Below are positions 58,114 to 64,000 of a stretch of 64,000 nucleotides of DNA, one piece after another. Within the stretch, counting starts at the first letter, position 1; each line of letters starts with the position of its first letter. The notes below the pieces were generated by a model that searched no databases, was not told the origin of the DNA, and worked only from the letters and a program-made list of their open reading frames with translations. Source of the DNA: Candidatus Sulfomarinibacteraceae bacterium (GTDB lineage: Bacteria > Acidobacteriota > Thermoanaerobaculia > Thermoanaerobaculales > Sulfomarinibacteraceae). The DNA lies in NCBI GenBank assembly GCA_963796455.1, contig CAWCLO010000001.1:704001-768000 (forward strand). The letters are read 5' to 3'. The position numbers and the translations under genes are program-made.

Positions 58114-59161
58114 GCATCTCCTTGATATACACATCCTGCTTGGAGTACGGAATCTCGATTCCGGCAGCATTGAGGGCCTTGTACACGTTCCCGTTCAGGG
58201 TGTGGAGCACGCGACCTCGAAAGACCGGTTCCTCGATCCACGCCAGCAATTCAAAGACCAGACCGGAGGCGCCGAACTCGCGGAATCTGACCCGGGGCTT
58301 TGGTTCGGCGGAGAGATGTCCGACGCCCTCGATACACCCAAGAAGAACCTCTTCGACCTGATCGATATCCGATCCGTAGGCCGCTTCGACCTTGACTCGA
58401 ACCCGCATTTTTTCGTGCGGCCCGCCGGTCTGATTGACGATCTGGGCGTTGGCGATCACCGCATTCGGCACGGTGACTTCGACGTCATCCCGCGTCAAGA
58501 GCCGCGTCGATCGCATCCCGATCTCCAACACTTGACCGCGAATACTGTTGTCGAGCACGACGAAGTCCCCAACCTGGTACGGGGTGTCCGCCACAATGAA
58601 GATCCCTGAGAAGAGATTCGACAAGGTGTCTTTCGCGGCAAAACCAACGGCGATACCGAGCACTCCGGCCGATGCCAGCCACGAGGTGAGTGGGATCTCC
58701 CACGCAATACAAACGAAATACAAAAAACCGCCGGCCACCACGATCTTGAGGATCATCTCGAAAAGGGGCAGGGTCTTGGGTTCGATGAACTTCAGGCGAT
58801 CGACATTTCTGCTCACCACGAGCAAGAGGATTTTGCCGACGCGGAGCGCGGCCAGCGTCCACAGGAAGGCCAGGGCCGTCTTCACCACGCCGAGCACGAC
58901 GTAATCGATCTGCTCCGGTATATCGAACTCGAGATATGCCAGCATGACTCCGGTGAGCAGGATGGTCCAAATCAGGGGCTTTCGAACCTCCGCAGCAATC
59001 TTGTTGTCGACATCGGTGGTCGTCTTTTTTGTCACGATCTTGACCACCGTTCCGAAGAACAGCCGCACCAACAGGGACAGAAGGACCGTGACACCGAGAA
59101 TCACCACCTGTCTGACTCGAGGGTCATCGCCGAACGCCGACATGTATTGATCGAGACTCAT
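58100..59161 (-). CDS. MscS-family mechanosensitive channel
   Basis: GFAAKDTLSNLFSG, PYQVGD, IGMRST and GIEIPY motifs. Confidence 0.93.
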   Translation of the reverse strand: MSLDQYMSAFGDDPRVRQVVILGVTVLLSLLVRLFFGTVVKIVTKKTTTDVDNKIAAEVRKPLIWTILLTGVMLAYLEFDIPEQIDYVVLGVVKTALAFLWTLAALRVGKILLLVVSRNVDRLKFIEPKTLPLFEMILKIVVAGGFLYFVCIAWEIPLTSWLASAGVLGIAVGFAAKDTLSNLFSGIFIVADTPYQVGDFVVLDNSIRGQVLEIGMRSTRLLTRDDVEVTVPNAVIANAQIVNQTGGPHEKMRVRVKVEAAYGSDIDQVEEVLLGCIEGVGHLSAEPKPRVRFREFGASGLVFELLAWIEEPVFRGRVLHTLNGNVYKALNAAGIEIPYSKQDVYIKEMPGSR

Positions 59162-59315
59162 CACAACTCCTTCGCGGCTGATCCTGTTGAATTGGTGCCG
59201 CTCTTGAATCAATAGAGGCGAGCAGTATATCGCGCCGAACTGCCGCCACAGCGTCGCCCTCTGCTAGACTTTCGAACGCGATTCCGAAAGCACCAAACGC
59301 TCCGGGGGAACCACC

Positions 59316-61109
59316 ATGGAATTTACGGATTTCAAGAATGTGCACGAAATGCTCACCGCCACCGTCAACCGCTTCGGTCCAAGACCCGCCTATCGAAGCA
59401 TCACCGAAAGCGGCGATCTGAGTTCCATCTCGTGGATCGAGTTTTACGACGAGGTCCGGCGGACGGCCAAGAGTTTGATCGCCCTCGGGATCTCAAAAGG
59501 CGACAAGGCCGATATCCTGAGTTATTCGAACTACCGCTGGGTACTGACGGATATCGCACTGGCAACAATCGGCTCCTGCGCGGTTGGTATTTATCACTCG
59601 CTTCTGGCAAAGGATGTCGGGCACATCGTCAATCATTCTGATGCCGTCCTGATCTTTGCAGAGGACGAAGATCAGCTTGCCAAACTGCTGTCCATCCGCA
59701 ACGATCTGCCCGAAGTCCGCAAGGTCATCCTCTTCAAGGGCACGCCGCCGGACGATCCGTGGGTCATCGGTTTCGAAGACTTTCTCGACCTCGGCGCCGA
59801 CATCAAAGATGACGATCTGGACGCCCGGATAAAAGACGTCTCGGCAAGCGACGTCGCCACCATCGTCTATACCTCCGGAACAACTGGTGTTCCCAAAGGG
59901 GCGGTCCTCACCCACGACAACCTCACATTTACCGCTCAGACGGTGTACCACTCGTTCGAATCCGCTGACGGCGATGTGACGCTGCTCTTTTTGCCACTTG
60001 CACACGTCTTTGCCCGCACCTGCGTCTATACCGCTCTCTACATGGGGGCGACCACGGTGTTCGCGCGAGGAATCGAGAGCATCAGCGAAGATTTCAAGAT
60101 CGCACAGCCGCATTGGTTTCCCAGTGTGCCGCGGGTGTATGAGAAGGTCCATACCAAGATCATCTCCGGCGCCCAGGCGAAGGGAGGATTGGCGCTCAAG
60201 ATTTTCAACTGGGCCCTTTCGGTCGGCAATCAGGTCAGCGATCTCAAGCTCGCCAAAAGGCCGATCCCACCGCTTCTCGGCATCAAATACGGTCTCGCGA
60301 CCAAGCTGGTCTTTTCCAAGGTTCAGGATGCGCTCGGAGGCCGGGTCCGCTGGTGCATCTCGGGCGCCGCGCCCATCAACCCGGAGATCGCGAAGTTCTT
60401 TCACGCCGCTGGGGTGCTGGTTCTCGAAGGAATCGGCATGACCGAGAACACCTCCTTCACCAACATCAACCGATACGACAACTACCGCTTTGGCTGGGTT
60501 GGGCCCACCGGGCCCGGGATCGAGCAGAAAACCGGAGACGACGGTGAAGTCCTCTACCGCGGTCGAAACATCATGCGCGAGTACTACAAGATGCCCGCCG
60601 AAACCGCAGAGACCCTGACCGAGGACGGCTGGCAGCACACCGGTGACCTCGGCGAGATCGACGACGAGGGCTTCTTGAAGATCACCGGTCGGAAGAAGGA
60701 TCTGATCATCACCGCCGGCGGCAAGAACGTCGCCCCCTCGGCCATCGAAGGTCTCATTGCCACCTCGAAGTACATCAGCCAGGTGTGCGTGGTCGGTGAC
60801 CGGCAGAAATACCTGACCGCCCTGATCACCGTCGATGCGGACAACATCAGGGCCTGGGCAAAGGAACAGGGGATCGCCGACGACAAGCTCGAGGTCCTGT
60901 TGGCGGACGAGAGAACCAACGACCACATTCGGTTGATCGTCGAAGACATGAACAAAAACTTCGCCTCCTTCGAGACCATCAAGGATTTCCGTCTGCTGGA
61001 AGAGTTTTCCATCGAGAACGGGCTCTTGACCCCGACCCTGAAGGTGAAGCGAAACGTGGCGATGGAACGGTTCTCGGATGTGATCGAGGAGATGTATCGC
61101 GAAGGGTAG
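59316..61109 (+). CDS. Long-chain fatty acid-CoA ligase
   Basis: YTSGTTGVPKG, HTGDLG, GRKKD and LTPTLK motifs. Confidence 0.93.
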   Translation: MEFTDFKNVHEMLTATVNRFGPRPAYRSITESGDLSSISWIEFYDEVRRTAKSLIALGISKGDKADILSYSNYRWVLTDIALATIGSCAVGIYHSLLAKDVGHIVNHSDAVLIFAEDEDQLAKLLSIRNDLPEVRKVILFKGTPPDDPWVIGFEDFLDLGADIKDDDLDARIKDVSASDVATIVYTSGTTGVPKGAVLTHDNLTFTAQTVYHSFESADGDVTLLFLPLAHVFARTCVYTALYMGATTVFARGIESISEDFKIAQPHWFPSVPRVYEKVHTKIISGAQAKGGLALKIFNWALSVGNQVSDLKLAKRPIPPLLGIKYGLATKLVFSKVQDALGGRVRWCISGAAPINPEIAKFFHAAGVLVLEGIGMTENTSFTNINRYDNYRFGWVGPTGPGIEQKTGDDGEVLYRGRNIMREYYKMPAETAETLTEDGWQHTGDLGEIDDEGFLKITGRKKDLIITAGGKNVAPSAIEGLIATSKYISQVCVVGDRQKYLTALITVDADNIRAWAKEQGIADDKLEVLLADERTNDHIRLIVEDMNKNFASFETIKDFRLLEEFSIENGLLTPTLKVKRNVAMERFSDVIEEMYREG

Positions 61110-61169
61110 ATTCGCAAGTTCGGAGTTCGGAATTCGGAATTCTGAGTTTGCGGTTTGGGGTTTGGAATT
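61110..61169. repeat. Heptamer array (AGTTCGG-type, degenerating rightward)
   Basis: Reverse complement of the CCGAACT / CCGAAAT units seen at 12-51 and 7784-7816. Confidence 0.8.
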
Positions 61170-61220
61170 GTCGGCCGTTGTCCGACGGTTGTTCCTTGGG
61201 AGATCAAACAGGAGGCCACC

Positions 61221-61862
61221 ATGTCCGGCAAACCGCAGGAGTACGCAGGCGAAAAAATTACCATTCGATTTGACGGATCGAAGTGCATCCACTCGCGGAA
61301 CTGCGTGCTGGGTCTGCCGAATGTCTTTGTTGCCAACGCCACGGGGCCCTGGATCCAGCCCGACAACGGCACCGTCGAGGAACTGACAGCGGTCGCTCGG
61401 AGCTGTCCCTCCGGAGCTATCACCTACGAACGGCACGACGGCGGCGAGGCGGAACGGGCTCCCGACGTCAACGTCATCCGGGTGCTGGAAAACGGGCCGC
61501 TGGCGATCACCGCGGAGCTCGCGATTGAGGGGCAAGAACCGGCCACCAGGGCCACCCTCTGTCGTTGCGGCGCCTCCAAGAACAAACCCTACTGCGACGG
61601 CAGGCACAAGGAGGCCGGTTTTACCGCCACCGGCGAGCCGACCACCGAGGAATCCGAAGCTCTGGATGTGCGCAACGGATTGCTCGAGATCACCCCATTT
61701 CCGGACGGTCCGCTCGGTCTCTCGGGCAACGTCGAGATCTGCGCAGGGACCGGACGGACCCTCAACCGGGTGACCAAGACAGCGCTCTGCCGCTGCGGGG
61801 CCTCTGAGAACAAACCCTATTGTGACGGATCGCACCGGAAGGTGGGCTTCACCTCAAAGTGA
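61221..61862 (+). CDS. CDGSH iron-sulfur protein with N-terminal divergent 4Fe-4S domain
   Basis: CIHSRNC..CPSGA plus two LCRCGAS.NKPYCDG.H motifs. Confidence 0.93.
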   Translation: MSGKPQEYAGEKITIRFDGSKCIHSRNCVLGLPNVFVANATGPWIQPDNGTVEELTAVARSCPSGAITYERHDGGEAERAPDVNVIRVLENGPLAITAELAIEGQEPATRATLCRCGASKNKPYCDGRHKEAGFTATGEPTTEESEALDVRNGLLEITPFPDGPLGLSGNVEICAGTGRTLNRVTKTALCRCGASENKPYCDGSHRKVGFTSK

Positions 61863-61906
61863 CCGTGGCCTCGGAAGGGGCACATCCCGAAATCAAGGAG
61901 AGTGAC

Positions 61907-62881
61907 ATGGGACTTCTCGTCGACGGCGAGTGGAAAGATCAGTGGTATGACACCGGGAAAACCGGCGGGCGTTTTGTTCGCAAAACACCGCAGTTCCGAA
62001 ATCGGGTGAGCGCCGATGGTTCGTCCGGTTTCAGAGCCGAGTCGGGGCGCTATCACCTCTACGTGAGCTATGCCTGCCCGTGGGCACACCGGACCCTGAT
62101 ATACCGAAGCCTCAAAGGACTCGAAAAGCACATCTCGGTGTCGGTGGTCAATCCCATCATGCTCGAGAACGGTTGGACCTTCGCCCCAGCGCCCGGGGTG
62201 GTTCCCGATCCGATTCTGGGTGCGGAATTCCTCCACCAGATCTACACGGCCGCCGACCCCCACTACACCGGGCGGGTGACGGTTCCAATCCTCTGGGACC
62301 GGGAGACCGCAACCATCGTCAACAACGAATCGTCGGAAATCATCCGTTTTTTCGACTCCGAGTTCAATGACGCCGGAGCCTCCGGACCCGTCTACTGCCC
62401 GCCGGAGCTGCTCTCTGAAATCGACGACCTCAACGCGTTCGTCTACAAAAGCGTCAACAACGGCGTTTACAAATCTGGCTTTGCAACCACCCAGGAAGCT
62501 TATGAAGAGCCGGTCAACGCCCTGTTCGCAGCGCTCGATCAGCTCGAACTCAGGCTCCACGGCAACCGATATCTCCTCGGCGAGCAATTGACCGAGGCCG
62601 ATTGGCGCCTCTTCACCACTCTCCTCCGTTTCGACCCGGTGTATGTCGGCCACTTCAAATGCAACATCCGGCGCCTCGTCGACTACCCGAATCTCTGGGG
62701 CTACACCCGTGAGCTTTACCAGTATCCCGGTGTGGCCGAGACCGTGCACATGGACCACATCAAGGACCACTACTATCGCAGCCACCCGACCATCAACCCC
62801 ACCGGAGTGGTTCCAGCGGGACCTCACATTGATTTTCTAGAACCACATTTGCGGGAGGCAATCGGCGCAAACCCCAGATAA
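61907..62881 (+). CDS. Glutathionyl-hydroquinone reductase (YqjG-like GST)
   Basis: GRYHLYVSYACPWAHR, VTVPILWD and NNESSEI motifs. Confidence 0.93.
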   Translation: MGLLVDGEWKDQWYDTGKTGGRFVRKTPQFRNRVSADGSSGFRAESGRYHLYVSYACPWAHRTLIYRSLKGLEKHISVSVVNPIMLENGWTFAPAPGVVPDPILGAEFLHQIYTAADPHYTGRVTVPILWDRETATIVNNESSEIIRFFDSEFNDAGASGPVYCPPELLSEIDDLNAFVYKSVNNGVYKSGFATTQEAYEEPVNALFAALDQLELRLHGNRYLLGEQLTEADWRLFTTLLRFDPVYVGHFKCNIRRLVDYPNLWGYTRELYQYPGVAETVHMDHIKDHYYRSHPTINPTGVVPAGPHIDFLEPHLREAIGANPR

Positions 62882-62996
62882 CGCGATGGACCCTCTCCCT
62901 TTCCCCCGTTCACCAATCCGGGTACGAAAAACCCATCCGAACAGCCGGCCGCTCACTCCCGAGAGATCGGACATCTTGAATCGGCCTCCGCCACGG

Positions 62997-63028
62997 AAAA
63001 GATGGGCCGGCGTTACACCGGCCCATCT
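62997..63028 (-). terminator. Intrinsic terminator hairpin
   Basis: AGATGGGCCGG-CGTTACA-CCGGCCCATCT with an A-run on the left. Confidence 0.7.
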
Positions 63029-63070
63029 CGTTGTCGGTTGTTCCTGAGGTCACCACCTCAGATCAAAACC

Positions 63071-64000
63071 CTATGGTTCGAGACTCGTCGAGTCGTACAA
63101 CGGCCCTTGATCGACACAGGTGCCCTTGACACTGTGCGGCACACAGACCTGGACCGTCGCGCTGCACAGACCGCCGCGACCGTCATCCGCGGTAAAGGTC
63201 AGGTGGTAGACGCGACCGTCGCCGGGAACCTTCTTGGTGCCGGAGCGTTCGGCTCGCACATCGGCCGATTCCGTCCCGACACCCATCCCATCCGGCTCGA
63301 AGGAGCCGTCGCCGGCGGTCTCCACCGGCTCGTCCTGGAAGATGGAATCGATGGTGATCGCAAGAACATCTCCGTCTGGGTCCGAGACATCCATGATCGC
63401 AACCGGCACGAATTTGTGATTGGGCGGCCACACGCGATCGGGACCTGCGGAAGCACCACTGCAATCTGGAGGCTGATTCGGAGTATACGTGGCGGTGTCA
63501 GCAGCCTCACAGCTCAGCCCGCCGTCGCAGTACTCGACCGCAGCCCAGAAGGTGAGGTCTTCCGGATCCGTGCACGCGAGACCCGGATTGGTGACCGTGA
63601 CCACGTTGTCCGGGTCGATCGACACACCAAGGCACGTGTTGCCCTCGAAGGACCAGACCACGTTCCCGGGATCCACCACCAGATAGGCGTCAAGATCAAA
63701 AGTATCAAAGGGATAGACCTGGTCTTCGATCCCAGAGACCTCGGGCGTCTGCTGAACGGTGATCGTCGCCGCATCGTCCGCTTCACCAGGGGTTCCCCCG
63801 CCGACGGGAACCACCTCGAGTACGGCCTCCCACTCGTGTAAACCGACCGAATCCGAAACCACAGTCCATGTGAAGGTATCGCTACCGGTGAAATCGTTCA
63901 GATTCAGTGTGTAGACCAACCCACCGTCGTTGTAAAAGGTGAGCGTCCCATCAACACTGAACCTCTCCACGGTGTAGTCGACGACCACGTCGTATGAATC
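63071..64000 (-). CDS. 3' part of an acidic extracellular protein with a WPPNHK C-terminal domain (5' end outside the window)
   Basis: Frame is open to the window edge; WPPNHKFVPV ... RAERSG..GDGRVY pattern. Confidence 0.8.
   Translation of the reverse strand, partial: DSYDVVVDYTVERFSVDGTLTFYNDGGLVYTLNLNDFTGSDTFTWTVVSDSVGLHEWEAVLEVVPVGGGTPGEADDAATITVQQTPEVSGIEDQVYPFDTFDLDAYLVVDPGNVVWSFEGNTCLGVSIDPDNVVTVTNPGLACTDPEDLTFWAAVEYCDGGLSCEAADTATYTPNQPPDCSGASAGPDRVWPPNHKFVPVAIMDVSDPDGDVLAITIDSIFQDEPVETAGDGSFEPDGMGVGTESADVRAERSGTKKVPGDGRVYHLTFTADDGRGGLCSATVQVCVPHSVKGTCVDQGPLYDSTSLEP

Overview
GC-rich bacterial chromosomal segment of about 55 genes. The gene content is compatible with a sediment Acidobacteriota-type organism, but this is an unverified impression. 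It carries a 2-oxoacid dehydrogenase operon, glycosyltransferases, transporters, L,D-transpeptidases, a sulfatase and a membrane-anchored reductive dehalogenase-like protein. No rRNA, tRNA or CRISPR array was seen. The most striking signal is intergenic: several nested families of small repeat-bounded elements. (1) A five-copy element with imperfect terminal inverted repeats (CACTGCTGTCCAAAACAGA / CACTCTTGTCCAAGACAGA) always sits in GATGCWG-type heptamer repeats. One copy carries a four-helix-bundle (23S rRNA IVS / Avd-like) gene between inverted CAGCGA/TCGCTG arrays; in the other four the gene is replaced by a REP doublet. (2) Two GxxExxY (PD-(D/E)XK-like) genes, each enclosed by its own inverted 9-mer tandem repeat, are inserted into one ABC operon; three gene-less copies of one repeat type also occur. 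(3) A RAYT transposase is flanked by REPs. (4) Many orphan 7/8-mer tandem arrays are present. There is also a candidate CU-loop sRNA and a perfect CRP-type box. Three genes have single-base frameshifts that may be sequencing errors.
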